From the NCBI RefSeq assembly GCF_006345805.1, contig NC_043004.1:59272001-59336000 (forward strand): a DNA stretch of 64,000 nt, written 5' to 3'. Positions within the stretch are counted from its first letter, which is position 1. Every line of letters starts with the position of its first letter. This stretch comes from Octopus sinensis. Its lineage: Eukaryota. The notes under the pieces were generated by a model that worked only from the letters and a program-made list of their open reading frames with translations, searched no databases and was not told the DNA's origin. A program made the translations under genes and the position numbers. Shown piece after piece: positions 1-13,885 of the stretch.

Positions 1-325
1 ATTCTTTGGGGTTTTAATAGTTCACCTCTGGAAACATGGGTGGTTCTTTCAATATCCTTAAACAACCCTTATTCAGGGACCGTTTGAGCGGGATGGGCTA
101 CTCAACCTGAAGAAAATTCTAACTGGGCCCCACCTGCAAGGTCATGTGCTGTTTATCTTGATATGAGATCACCATGTCGCGCACATATGGTTGTGATGCA
201 TGTGCCTGGTGTACCTTTATCAGTCGGGTAGTCATGATGGTTATATTGGGCTTCGTATATTTTACCCCAGTGTCACTTTGATGGCATGAACTGCTCTCTC
301 ACTCAATAATAATAATAATGATAAT
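1..325 (+). mobile_element. 3' end of a non-LTR retroposon with (AAT)n tail, family unassigned (cut by window start)
   Basis: Unique GC-richer block ending ...ctctctcactc followed by a-(ata)n tail at ~304-325, the layout of a retroposon 3' end. No ORF is recognisable. Confidence 0.35.
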
Positions 326-630
326 AGGCATTTAAAGACCGACAACTATATTATGTACCTGATATATATGATATAGTACATTTGTGTGTGCTGGTAGATA
401 TAGTGAGAGAACTTCGAAGGTTCGAACTTACTGTCAACCTTTTCCTTGTAAATAATAATAAACATGTACTCAACTGAAAATATTGAGTAACCTATCTCTT
501 AAACATTTAAATGTTCAATAGTTCTCGTCACATATACAGACATATATACATATGTATGTATATATATATACATTCACACACACATATATGTATACATATA
601 TATACACACACATATATCTATATATGTATA

Positions 631-1038
631 TACTCTTTTACTCTTTTACTTGTTTCAGTCATTTGACTGCGGCAATGCTAAGGCACCGCCTTTTAGTCGA
701 GCAACTTAAACCCGGGACTTATTCTTTGTAAGCCCAGTACTTATTCTATCGGTCTCTTTTGCCGAACCGCTAAGTGACGGGGACGTAAACACACACCAGC
801 ATCGGTTGTCAAGCAATGCTAGGGGGACAATTACACACACACATACACACACACATATATATATATACATATATACGACAGGCTTCTTTCAGTTTCCGTC
901 TACCAAATCCACTCACAAGGCATTGGTCGGCCCGGAGCTATAGCAGAAGACACTTGCCCAAGATGCCACACAGTGGGACTGAACCGGAACCATGTGGTTG
1001 GTTAGCAAGCTACTTACCACACCGCCACTCCTGCGCCT
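631..1038 (-). mobile_element. SINE family A (tRNA head + CORE-like segment + central microsatellite + LINE-derived tail)
   Basis: Minus strand reads ggcgcaggagtggcggtgtggtaag (A box) ... ggttcagtccc (B box), then cttgggcaagtgtcttc (CORE-like), a CA/TA tract, and a tail ggcggtgc...cagtcaaatgactgaaac(aagtaaaagag)n. About 11 copies occur in the window. Confidence 0.9.
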
Positions 1039-1056
1039 ATGTGTGTGTGTGTCAGT

Positions 1057-1090
<34 letters not shown>

Positions 1091-2253
1091 GACAGTGCGT
1101 TGTGACTGCGCGCACGTTTGGGTGCGCGTGCGTGTCTCCTTTCATGCATGTATCCGTTCATCACTTTATTCGTCAGTTAAAAACGTACGATTGTTTGCGT
1201 GTGAGTGCGTGTGTGCATTTGGATGGGTGTACTCGACTATTTGTCTTGGTGCATATATATATGCGTGTGTTCCTGTGAAAATATGAATACTTATACCTAC
1301 TTGTTAAGTGCGCGTATAATCTAATGAGATATTTTTTGAGATATCACACCTCCAACGTGCTAGATACCAATGTGATTAAACCGTTCGATAGAACTGGTAA
1401 CTTTATTAGTCAATGTCTAGTCAACACAGCACTTTAGCAGTGCTAGCGACTTATCACCATTTTAACTGTGTCCGTAAGCGTATATCTGTGTAAAACATGT
1501 TTATATGAGAATATTTGTCTACGTACTTATATATGCATCTGTAAAAAGCAAGTTTATTTGCACGTGTCTGTATGTTCGTATGTGAATGTCTGCGTTGTAT
1601 GTTTGTAGATATGAATGGGTAAGTTTGCGAATAAGCGTTTATGTATACACCTGCGCATTTGTGTATACGCGTGTATGCATATTAGTGTGAATGTAAATAC
1701 ATATTTCATTAAGTGGAAAGAACATATAACACTTGGAGAGATGGTGTCGGTGATGGTATTACCGGAGGAGGATCTACTACGTGGACCAGGGCGGGTCTAC
1801 ATAGGTGATTCGATTTTGTCATCTCATAGAGATAAGTTATATCAGATATGTCGCTCAGTAGGTCATATGGGTCTGCTGTTGCCTATTAGACTGCACACAT
1901 ATTGGTGTTAACGAAATTGAAATCTATATTCTAACGATCACTCAAAACCTAAAGAAAAATTAGGTAGAAGGGGTTAAATACAAAACGTCTTAAGATCACA
2001 ATACTAATAAAACTGTACACAAAATTGTAAACAAATCGTTTGTAAAATCTTGATTGAAAAGGAGAAAATCATCTCATCTCAGTGTTGACATGATATATAT
2101 ATATATTATATATATAATATATATATATATAATATATATATATATAAGTAGGTGAATGAATTATCCTATGTTTATCGTCAGCATGGAAAATTCGTTTAAC
2201 CGAAACCTGGGTAGCAAATTCATGTCAGAAACACGTTCGACTCCATTCTTTCA

Positions 2254-2955
<702 letters not shown>

Positions 2956-3437
2956 TTTACTTATTCGTTGTCTCGAGGTTGTATCGTCCCTAAATTGGTA
3001 GAGGGGGAAAATTCTGAAGTTTGGTGTTTTTTTGTTGGCGCAAGTATCTATGTGTTGGCTAAAAGCTATTTTTCTGTTTTGGGGAATTTTTATCTGGGAT
3101 CTGTGCAGGGCCATTCGTTTACGCAAACCATTTTTTGTTTGGCCTATGTACTGCTCTTGACACCCGGAGCAGGTTAGTGAGTATATTAGGTTCTCCGAAG
3201 CACATGTGAAGTTGCTTTTCACTGTAAACCGTTGTCCCTGCTTGAAGGAGAACTCTGAACCCTCAATTAGATAGTCGCATATCCCACAATTGGGTCTTCC
3301 ACATTTTTTTACTGTCGGCTTCTGTGTTGAGGAGTGAATTCGGGCTTGTGTAAGGAGACTTTTCATGGATCTAGGCTGTCTTTTGCTTTTTATGATCGTG
3401 TGTGTTTGGAGGATTGTGTTCATTCTGTGGTCTTTTT

Positions 3438-5048
3438 TTAGGAGGGGTATGTTGTGGAGGATGGTGTCGAAGGCTTCGTTATTGAGAGGGTTGTGTGTGG
3501 AGATGTATGGTAAGGCTTTTGGTTGTAAGTTTTTCTTTGATTTGGATGTCTCAGTTCCTTGATGTTAAGTTGAAGGGCACGTTGAATGCACTTGTCAATA
3601 AGTGAAGGTGGATAGTTCCTGGTGATTAGGGTATCTTTTAGTTCTTGTAGTCGTGTGTCTCTGGTGTTTGCGTTAGAGACTATAGTGCATATCCTTTTTG
3701 CTAGATTGAAGGGGATATTCATCCTGGTGTGTCTGGGGTGGCATGAATTGAATGGAAGATATTGCTTAGAGTCTGTAGGCTTATAGTATATGTCTGTTTC
3801 TATTATATTATTAGCTTTCTTAATGAGGATATCGAGGAAGGGGAGTTGTTGTTGGCTATATTCCATCGTGAATTGGATGTTTACGTCCAGTCCGTTTAAA
3901 ATTTTCTGGAATTCTATGAGTTTTTCTATATTTTTATGCCAAAGGATGAAACAGTCATCTAGATATCTCTTCCAGTTGTTTTCTATGTAGATGGAGAAAG
4001 GGCTGCCATATCTTTCTAGAACCTTACGATACAGACTGATCTCTAGGTATCCTATGACTAGGTTGGCAAAGGAGGGGGCCATTCGTGTACCCATCGCAGT
4101 CCCCGATTTTTGTCGGTAGAAGTTGTCATTGAAGGCGAAGAAGTTATTTTCCAGGATGAATTTGACCCCTTCTATCACAAATTCTTTTTTGATGCGGTGT
4201 GGTAGTTCGTTGGCGTGATTCTCTAGCCAGAATTGGATTGCCTCTAGTCCTAGGTTGTGGGGGATATTGGAGTAGAGGTTGACTACATCGAAGGATACCA
4301 ATATGGTGTTTTTGTTTATAGTATTCGATAGGTGATTGAGCATATCTAAGTCGTCCCTTATATAGCATTTGACATGTTTGAGGAGTGGTTTTAACAGGGT
4401 GTCTAAAAAGTTACTGAGGCGGTGGGTTTCGCATGCGGGACCTGCTATTATGGGTCTCAATTTGAGGTCATTAGGATTAGGGACTTTAATTATTTTGTCT
4501 GTAGCTATCTTGCATGCGTTGCTTATTTTTTCACTTTTGTGGATCTTAGGTATACCGTAGAATTGGCTAGTTTTACTTGTGAAATTGGTCATATAATCAT
4601 ATTCTTTGTCGGTGAGCCCTGCTTTGTATGGGTTTAATATGGATTTTAGTTCCCTCATTATTTTTTGTTGACTGTAGTTTTGTGCCTTTTCATAGTATGT
4701 TGTGTCTTCCAGCATAGAAAGTACCAAAGTTATGTAAAATGTCGTATCCATTAAGACAACAGCACTCCCTTTATCGGCCTCTTTGATTGTTATTGTTTTA
4801 TCTAGTTTTAATTTGTTCAACTCAGCCCATTCTTTTTTGCTGAAGTTTGGTTTGTGTTTTTGTTTGTGCATATGTTGATATGGGTAATTTGATATGTGGT
4901 CACAGAAATCATCAAGTGTTTTATTCTTACCTTTCGAGGGGGTGTAGTTACTCCTATTTCTGGCTAACGATTCGTCCTCGTTGTATTTATCGTATAGCTC
5001 CTCAGTAAGTCTTAATTTTCTGCAGAATTCTGCGATGTCTTCTTTCAT
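3438..5048 (-). CDS. PLE1 reverse transcriptase (part of a disrupted polyprotein)
   Basis: Motifs KEADKG, FYGIPKIHK, LRPII, VSFDVVNLYSNIP, GTAMGTRMAPSFANL, WKRYLDDCF, LPFLD, YYKPT and HPRH. The upstream frame carries KGLKFTPTP. Confidence 0.95.
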   Translation of the reverse strand: MKEDIAEFCRKLRLTEELYDKYNEDESLARNRSNYTPSKGKNKTLDDFCDHISNYPYQHMHKQKHKPNFSKKEWAELNKLKLDKTITIKEADKGSAVVLMDTTFYITLVLSMLEDTTYYEKAQNYSQQKIMRELKSILNPYKAGLTDKEYDYMTNFTSKTSQFYGIPKIHKSEKISNACKIATDKIIKVPNPNDLKLRPIIAGPACETHRLSNFLDTLLKPLLKHVKCYIRDDLDMLNHLSNTINKNTILVSFDVVNLYSNIPHNLGLEAIQFWLENHANELPHRIKKEFVIEGVKFILENNFFAFNDNFYRQKSGTAMGTRMAPSFANLVIGYLEISLYRKVLERYGSPFSIYIENNWKRYLDDCFILWHKNIEKLIEFQKILNGLDVNIQFTMEYSQQQLPFLDILIKKANNIIETDIYYKPTDSKQYLPFNSCHPRHTRMNIPFNLAKRICTIVSNANTRDTRLQELKDTLITRNYPPSLIDKCIQRALQLNIKELRHPNQRKTYNQKPYHTSPHTTLSITKPSTPSSTTYPS

Positions 5049-5185
5049 TTCATTATAGTTGGGGTGTTGTGGGGTGGGTGTAAACTTGAGTCCTTTGGAA
5101 AGTATGTTTATTTGGTTTGCTGTTAGTTCCTTGTGAGTTAGATTAATAATTTTTATTACTTTTGGTTCCTCCTGCTTGTTTGGTG

Positions 5186-6421
5186 CTATCTTGTGTCTCT
5201 GTGTTTGCGTATTGGGTCTAAAAAATGAATGCGGTGGTTGGGACGGTAGCTAGTATATAGTTGTTCTTTGTTGATTAGGGGTCTCCTGTTGTGATTTATG
5301 GTGTGTGTTCTTGGAGCAGTATTGAGGAGAGCATCCCGATATCCCATATTCGGGTGTGGTGTTCTAGGAGGCCTTCGTTGGTAATCATTGCAAGTGGTGT
5401 GGGTTTGTTGTGCATGGTTGTTTAACCGGTTAATGGGACGAAGATTTCGTTGGTAACTCCTTTGGGTGGGGATGAGGTTGCAGTGTCTATGCTGTGGGTG
5501 TTGATTTATCCTTTCTCTGCTTGAAGTGGCGGTATTCCTGATATTGTATCGCTGGCTGCTTACAGAGTTAGGGTTAGGTCCTGTATTCTTTTTTTGATAG
5601 TAGTGAAGGTTCCGATTTTTAGACAGGTGTGTATCGGTGCTTGGGTGTTGTTTTGGTTTTCTTATTTTCTGGAAAGGGTTGTTGGAGGCGTGCTCTGTTT
5701 GAAAGACGGCTTCATAGTCTGAGAACCAAGTGGCGCTTTTCTCCCAGCGTTGGAGAGATTTTAGTTCTTCTTTTTCACAGTCCTCTTCCCATAGTTTGGA
5801 GAACTTCTCTTGATCTGGGCTTTGGGTCATTTTGCGAATTTCTTCGTTGATATCTTCATCGGTGGATTTTATTTTATCCTCATTCGTTTGGGCCCTCAAT
5901 TTAAGAAGTTCTATTTCCATTTTCATTTTTTCCAGTGCCATTCTCTCCCTGAGGTTTCTTTGAGTTTCAGGTTCTTCTGTAATAGCTTTGAACTGGAATT
6001 TACGTGGGAGGATTAACGGGGTCCGGTTGAGCCATTTTTCGTATATATCCGCTTTGTTGTTGTTTTGGATCATCTTCCAAAAGGCGAACTTTCTATCTCT
6101 GAGTGATTTGTTCCATTGTGGTATTATGTGGTGTTTCATTTGGTATGTTGTTAGAGTATTGATCCCATATATTGACACGTTTGGAGGTCCTTGGTTAGCG
6201 TTGTTAGAGAAAAATGTTCTAATTGTTTCGCATAAGTTTCCAAGGTTTTCGACAATTTCGGAGGTTGTATTTTTCGTATCTGTTTCTTCATTGTTCTCTC
6301 GATTGGGTTAAAGTGTCGAGTCGAATTTGTTCAAAAAAGTTGACAAATTTGTGTTGATTTTCTTGAGTTCTTTCAGTATTTCTTCGTTTATGGAGGTGAT
6401 TGTGTCTGTTTTTGTCGGCAT
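5186..6421 (-). pseudogene. PLE1 N-terminal/leader region (coiled-coil-like)
   Basis: ATG at 6421 (MPTKTDTITSINEEILKELKK...) is in frame with the 330-aa ORF 5186-6178, with one in-frame TAA at 6308-6310. It frameshifts into the RT frame somewhere in ~5190-5600. Confidence 0.7.
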
Positions 6422-6485
6422 TTTCTGTATCTCGTGTGGGTTAATGATATGTATAAGGGTGAAAAGGAACACACGAGTTGATATA

Positions 6486-7391
6486 TATGAAAAAACAAGT
6501 CAAAAATAGAAAATGCTAAAATAATTTTATAGTGAACATTTCAGTACCGGTTTCGGTCATTTTGAGACCTTTTCAACTGTAACGATTAAATAATTAAATT
6601 TAGAAAAATTAGAAGAAAAGTTTTTTTAAAAAGAATATTTCTATAGTAGTGTTCAGATTTAAGTGGCATTCTGCCTTTCTCTGACTCCCTTGTTTGCACT
6701 TGTGTGTCGGAGGTCGTTGTGAGTTCTTGGAAGGGTAGTAGAGGAAGAAGGCTGGTGGGGAAAGGGGGATGGGAGAATCTGGGAGTGCCCTGATGGTCGT
6801 ATTTTGAATGGTCAGTGGCGGCTGGCAGTCTCAGTTCAATTCAGGAGAATATTTATATTGACAGGCTTGTTTATAGAATTAGCGTAGGTGTTATACTAAA
6901 AAACATTAGTGACAAAGTTAAGGGGTAGGGGTGGAGAAGTAGAAGAAGAAGAAGAAGAAGAAGAAGAAGAAGAAGGAGAAGGAGAAGATGACGATGATGG
7001 TGGTGGTGGTGATGATTATGACGACGATGATGATGATAATGATGATGATGAAGAAGAAGAAGAAGAAGAAGAAGAAGAAGAAGAAGAAGAAGAAGGAGGA
7101 GAAGGAGAAGATGGTGGTGATGATGGTGGTGATGATGATGACGACGATGATGATGATAATGATGATGATGAAGAAGAAGAGGAAGAAGAAGAAGAAGAAA
7201 AAAACAGAGAAGGGGGAATATGAATGGGTGTAAGTATAGCTATGAAGGGGCTGATTAGTAATGGATTCTATGGAGTGTAATATTTGTGTGTGTATATATA
7301 TATTTTTCTTTTATTCTAAAGTTGAGGTATATTAATTGTTTGTCGTAGACCCGTTTAGAAGTGGCTTGTATTTTGTAATAAAGAGATTTTC
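6486..7391 (-). repeat. PLE1 5' pseudo-LTR copy (partial tandem copy of the element 3' end) with an extra GAA/GAT-rich block
   Basis: Contains the endonuclease C-terminus (ITKYKPLLNGSTTNN*) and the 3' UTR. Block 6831-~7160 is absent from the other copy. Confidence 0.9.
6539..6582 (-). ncRNA. Minimal type I hammerhead ribozyme, second copy
   Basis: Identical to 2453-2496. Predicted cleavage after 6545. Confidence 0.8.
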
Positions 7392-7397
7392 ACCCTT

Positions 7398-7448
<51 letters not shown>

Positions 7449-8229
7449 GTCCACAATGTTGATAAGACATATTTATATCTTTGTCCACTAATCCTCCCTC
7501 CACAAATATTGCTTAAATCATATTTCAGGTACTGTCTGTCTTATACTCTAAGTCACTCAAAGGCAGACCACATTAATTACAAATTTCTCGAGCCATATTT
7601 TTGCTGATCTAGAATATGCTGTTAACATCATCTTACGGATTTTCTAAAAAGTTAATATAAACGGATTATATTTCATCCGTAATCCAGAAACGCCTCCTAG
7701 TTGTCGGCACCAATACAATTAATAGGGATATATTGTGAGAGATATCTTACTTGTAATACAAAAGAGTGTGTTAAATCTTGAAGCCTATATTAGCTATGAG
7801 TAATATGGCTTCATGAAAACGATCACATGATAAAGCTGTTTGTTGAAAAGCGAATAAACCGGATTCTAATGTCAAACAAGAAGTATATAATGAAGTCAAA
7901 TTAGAAGTAAACAAAGACCTAGCAATATGCAAAATCAATGGAGAATTGACAAAGCCGAATAATAATCAGACTAGAGAGATATGAAACAATCAAGAATTGA
8001 TTTGAATTTATTCGAAAGTTCACTAGGTCCTTAAAGATAGAAACAAAGCTAATTTAATCTAAGTGTCAATATTTTGCTTTAATCAAAAGTACTACAGAAG
8101 TAGCAAGAACAATTCAAATATTTACTTAACCACCACTACACTCGGCTGCATCCCCTGAGAGCATTAACAATGTCTCACAGCAAGGAATATTTCTTTTCAC
8201 GTAAATGTTCCATCGTCATTATTCAAAAA

Positions 8230-8830
8230 TCTTACAGTAGTGTTTTAAAACTTCGAAACGACAAATCCGCGGGATTAGATCAAATTTTAGTGTAATTTAC
8301 CGAATGTGGCCGTCATATCCTCCTCACTAGCATTCATCAAGTCACTCTCCAAATCTGAAAACACTGCAAAGTGCCTTCTACTTTGTAAAAGAGTTCACTG
8401 TAAAAATAATTTAGAATGAATCAGCACACAATGAGGAAAATAGTAAAGTATTTGTTCGATCTCCATAGCTGGAAAAATTCTTACAGAAATCTTTCTTGAT
8501 ATTCTGATTGCCATGTGTAGGACGAAGAGTCCCAGAAGGCAGATGTAAGTTTAAACCGGATTCTCGTACGTTCGATATGATTTAATTTTTTTTTACTGAC
8601 TTCTAATTCATAATAGCTTTCTATAATAGCATCTTTGCCGATAAGCTTCAGTCTTGTATGATCTTGTCAGCACTTTGAATTCGTTGGTACATGACACTAC
8701 GAAGAAGATTTTGGAAGTTTTTGGAAATCTGCCTCACATTTTAAGACAGAACAGATAATCTGCAGATTAACTTATTCATATCTCCTATTTCAACGGGTAG
8801 TAGTAAATATTCGAACGCGGTCCTTTATGA
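8230..8830 (+). mobile_element. Decayed RTE-like LINE reverse transcriptase remnant
   Basis: Fragments LRNDKSAGLDQI, SIAGKILTEIFLD and PEGRCKFKPDSRTFDMI resemble the RTE motifs K(A/S)xGxD, IAGKILA and PESQCGFRxxRSTxDMIF. Many stops. Confidence 0.6.
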
Positions 8831-11170
8831 AGAAGAGAGATTATTCATACATTTATCTTGTTCAATTCAGACCTTGTATCTATTCGCTAATCAAGAACTC
8901 AATTTCCAACGAAGAAAACCCGTCCGGTATGAATACACTGGGTAATTCTTCAATAATGATTTCGCACTTTTCATTTTAACCACTTGCTTGACAAACTTCA
9001 TGTTGTTGATACTATCATTTTATTTATCGCATGCTGTATGAATTATAAATGAAGACAAGCAAAATTTGTCCACCTCGTGTACCCTTTTCTTCTGATGTAG
9101 AATCAACACTATATTACAGGGCTTTTTTTATGTTGGGATCTGGTTTGGAATATAAATGGATCAGATTTCTTCTATAATGCAGGGAAGTATTCCAAATATC
9201 GTTACCGGTACTGCTACTGGAATAGTATTGCGCGAGTTATTCTACTTGTGATACAAAGTTTATACCAAAAGTTTTAAAACTATATAATAACTATTATGCC
9301 ATATTGTTTAAAAGAAAACAAGTCAAATGTAATCATTTCGATCACTGAGTTTTTTCTCTTCCTTTTTATCATATATTTCAAGAACACCAACGTTAACAAT
9401 TTTCAAACTTCTACCTAATATGTAGAAACATTACTTTTAGCCTAGATCTATCACCATATTAACTGAAAAAAGTTATTAAATTCAGTTTTTTTCCTTTTTA
9501 TCTGAGAACTCTGTTTTATCATCGACAAACATATTTCATTCGAGTTCCTTGCTGATATGGATTATATAAAAAATACGGTTGGTTTAGTTCGAAGGTAAAC
9601 AGAAGCACAAAGAGTGTATTCTTGAAATATTCGGTAATAAGTATGAAATTTATATAGCATCAAAAGATTATATATGTGTGTGTGCGCGAGTGCGTGTGCG
9701 TGTGTGTGTGAATGTGTGTGAGAGTGTGTGTGTGAGTGTGTGTGTGTGTGTGTGTGTGAGTGTGTGTGTGTACACTCTCTGAAGTTTTTGCATTAGATTT
9801 GCTTTTTCATATCAGAACATTATTTTGTTCATTAATAATTATCCAATGAGAGATTCTACATACTGATCTAATTTCTGTCACCTTTGTACATAATAAAAAA
9901 AACTTTGTTCAACTGGTGGAATAATCGATTTAAAGACATGTGAAATGCTTACGTATAAGGTTCAATCAAGTGATTGATCTAGAGTATCTTGTTACATAGG
10001 TGTTTTCATTCTTTGGGTACAAAATTAGCCTGTAGTATGGCAAACCTATTTATTACATTAATTTTGGCTTTCATGTTATTTTCATATGTAGAGGTGAGAG
10101 ATCTTTGAATAGTCAGTCTCTTGTCCCAGTATTTTCTTGGTGCAGTTCACACAGCTTCAAAGCCACGAAACTTTATTATTATATATATATATTGTTTAAT
10201 GTAACACTGTAATTTTCCTGCGTATATTATTATGCAATACATTGTGATGGCAGAATACTCTTTCATAAAAGTTCGTGAAGAAGTGGCTTAAGATCTTCTT
10301 GAGAGGCATCTTTATTCTAAAGTGGAGTTATCTTTCATATTTTCATTCAAGCGTGTATTTAAATTGAAAAGTATACTTAAAAATAACAAGAAAGATGTGC
10401 AAATAATTTGCCTTTATATATCCTACATACCACCACAAATAGATCTCTTCCCATCTTGTTGGCAGAATAATGCAAAAATGATTATGTAGCACGGAGATTG
10501 GGAGAATTAACATGAAATGCGACAGAATTCAGCATGGAAAATCATAGCGATTCATTAATATTAATCAAGACAACAACAACTGCTTGTAAAATATACATAC
10601 AAGACTCTACCAGATATTGATGTTTAAAAAATCAAATATATAATGGGTTGTAGAAAATCTTATAGAAAATGCATAAACATTTGTTTATATTTGCAAAGTT
10701 AATGTTATAGAAGATAATTAGAGTCAAAATTAGAGTTAAAATTGGAATAGCTTTATGTTTGAATATATCGAAATATGTCAAAAAACATTTCCTGGTTTCC
10801 TTTAAAATGAAAGACAACTGAACGAAAGTCGATTCAGTTTTCTCTTTTCTCATTGTTCTGTGTTAAAAAACGTCGGGAAGAAAAGTTGGAAGTGTTGGCT
10901 TGTGCCCGCCGAAATGGGACGAAACCAAGTCTTGCGTGTATAAATATTTAAAAGTTGGTTCAAAGGTAAGTAGATACTAATTTTAAAACAAACTTATTGA
11001 CCGCGAGCACATACAGAAAGACACAAACGCGCAAATTATTTTTCTCTGTTTGAGAATTTCTTATGGGAAATTCCTTACTTGTCTATCCAACCTGTCAAAC
11101 TTTGTAATTCCTATTAGCACACGCATGTATTAATGAATAAATGATACAAAAAATTTCCAAATTCCTGCTT

Positions 11171-11217
<47 letters not shown>

Positions 11218-11313
11218 CCAAACAAGAAAACACAAAAATACACAGCAACGCGAGGATATATACATATATTTATATATATGTATATATATATTATATATAT
11301 GTATATGTATATA

Positions 11314-11378
<65 letters not shown>

Positions 11379-11882
11379 AAGGCATTCTACGGTTACTGGT
11401 AAGATATAATCGAGGACACCTTGCCCCATGCTCGGTCCATCGACGATTAAATCAAGACCTCTGTGAGACTTTTATGGTAATGATTGTGCTTTTCGTTGCA
11501 CATCCTGCAGGACGAAAAGTAAACATTATCAAAGAACGGATGACCACAGTAGTGTCAACGGTCATCAAACAGCTGGGAGTGAGAAACCCATAGTCATTGT
11601 TTTGATATCCTTGTAGGAGGATGACATTACAATAGAACATTCGCTCCATTGGGAAGCCGGATAGCTAGGTCTCTCTTGTTCCTTGACTAATCCGATTTGT
11701 GGGTGAGATTCTTAGAGGTATTATGCAAGCTTATGTTAGCATTAAATTTCCGCACGGGGATTGTCTTCAACATATAGGATAAGTTAAATAGTCAGAAAGG
11801 TTATGTTCTCTACAATTTGACAAGCATTACATATACATACATGCATACATACATACATACATACATACATACAAACATACAT

Positions 11883-11913
<31 letters not shown>

Positions 11914-12531
11914 TATATATATATGCATACAGATACACACACATACACGCTTATACACATATATGTAATGCTTTTAAAACGTTCATTATTTCTTCCCTAC
12001 TGTACACATGTGCTCTTGATGCAATTATGTGCAACAAGTTAATAATAAACAAGTGTGTGCAAACGAATTGATATTGTAAAAACAGTATTAAAACTGAAAA
12101 GTGTAGTATAATAACTATGTCAGAGAGGAAAATATAAAAGAATAACAGTAGATTAAAGTATGGTTCTATTATGAACTAATTTCATCACTGTATATTCTAG
12201 CGAATCATTCAGCGTATAGTTTCGCTGAGCGTATCAGTTCAGCAAGACTGGTTTTAAATGTTATATAATATAACGACCTATATAGAACGGCTTTTTACTT
12301 TGTTTATAGGCAATTTAATTTAAACCACACTTTCATATTTTAAATATTTAACATTGAAGTACATCATAGTCTTCTAAAGTGCCTGGTATCGTAATAAACA
12401 GTTGACGATCAAATGTTAATCTATGCGTGTTTAACCACTCTACAGGGAGGAAAAGATGGATACATGCACGGAAGCTTACAAGCCTAGATAAGCACTTTAA
12501 CACGCGTAAATGCTTACAAATACATATACAT

Positions 12532-12919
12532 GTGGAGGCGCAATGGCCCAGTGGTTAGGGCAGCGGACTCGCGGTCGTAGGATCGCGGTTTCGATTCCCA
12601 GACCGGGCGTTGTGAGTGTTTATTGAGCGAAAACACCTGAAGCTCCACGAAGCTCCGGCAGACGATGGTGGTGATCCCTGCTGTACTCTTTCACCACAAC
12701 TTTCTCCCACTCTTACTTCCTGTTTCTGTTTTACCTGTATTTCAAAGGGCCGGCCTTGTCACTCTCTGTGTCACGCTGAATATCCCCGAGAACTACGTTA
12801 AGGGTACACGTGTCTGTGGAGTGCTCAGCCACTTACACGTTAATTTCACGAGCAGGCTCTTCCGCTGATCGGATCAACCGGAACCCGCGTCGTCGTAACC
12901 GACGGAGTGCTTCCACTCC
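12532..12919 (+). mobile_element. SINE family C (tRNA-derived), full length with TSD
   Basis: A box tggcccagtggtt, B box ggtttcgattccc. TSD acatatacat at 12522-12531 and 12920-12929. Second copy at 59552-59940. Confidence 0.9.
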
Positions 12920-13559
12920 ACATATACATACATACACAGCACTCAATGACAGATTCAAATATATGCATTAATTAGTTTTGTTGTGTTTTTCTTTTCGATA
13001 TGATGATGGGAAATGCAGGACCATCATCAGTGGGACACTTTGTGATTTAATTTAAATCTTATACTTGTTTTAGCCACTAAGCTGTGGTCATAACGGGGTA
13101 TCACTTTGAAAGGCTTAATCGAACAAATGGACTCTGATAATACTTTTCTCAAACTCTAGTACTAATTCTATTGGTCCCTTTGGCTGAATGATTAACTTTC
13201 GAGAAAGTAAACAAACCACTACCATTTGTCAAGCGATCAAACAGTAAAGCGAGCAACTAAAACAACACGCACATAGTACTTTTATTACGTACACACACAC
13301 ACGCACAAAAACACGCACACTCTCATTTAGATAGATAAATATAGATATAAATATGTGTGTATGTGTGTACGAATGGGTGTCCATGTATATGTATGTTTGT
13401 ATGTATGCATGCGTGTCTGTTTGTACTTGCTTACTTGTTTGTTTTTGACGACTCATTAAAGCGGATGACAGCGTTGATCCAGGTCCTTCATCCTCCTCCG
13501 CCTCCAGCGTGTTATCTCTTATCGGATTTGATATAGCTGGCAATACATATACGAGATAA

Positions 13560-13885
13560 GCAGAAACTGTGGTATGTTTCCCGACGACTTTGGATGACTA
13601 TAATATTGATATCAAGCGAAATCTCTCTTGCACTCTCTCGTGAACAGTACATCACACTTCGAAGGCTACGAATTTGCAATTCATGAACAAGAGATTGCTT
13701 CGAAATACCTAATAAATAAAAGAGAGAGTGAAGCTCTTGGAGTTCTAAGTTGCAACCATACATGTAGATTATGTCATACTTCTGTGGAAGACATCACACA
13801 TAAGATTAACAGCTGCCCAAAGATGTCATCAAGGTACTACTTCCCTAAGCGACACAACATTGCGGTAAAAATAATATACAATGCG
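13560..13885 (+). mobile_element. R4/Dong-like (restriction-like endonuclease clade) LINE C-terminal zinc-knuckle fragment
   Basis: EGYEFAIHEQEI...CRLCHTSVEDITHKINSCPKM...YFPKRHN matches the CRxC...H...C...RHN motif. Truncated by a SINE at 13883. Confidence 0.75.

Noticed and set aside
6909-7233. Poly-Glu/Asp and poly-Lys/Met ORFs
   Set aside because: Translations of GAA/GAT repeats in the PLE UTR, on the strand opposite the element.
10082-10156. CVNCTKKILG, resembling CDTCKNEITG at 44.7 kb
   Set aside because: Only 24 open codons, a stop immediately upstream and a poor acceptor. Chance is likely.
10930-10975. TATAAATA followed by a perfect donor aag|gtaagt
   Set aside because: Such motifs are expected by chance in AT-rich DNA, and no downstream exon was found.
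12532-12610. tRNA-like sequences at SINE heads (also 32720-32797, 59865-59940)
   Set aside because: They continue into SINE bodies with TSDs and lack a proper acceptor stem, so they are not tRNA genes.
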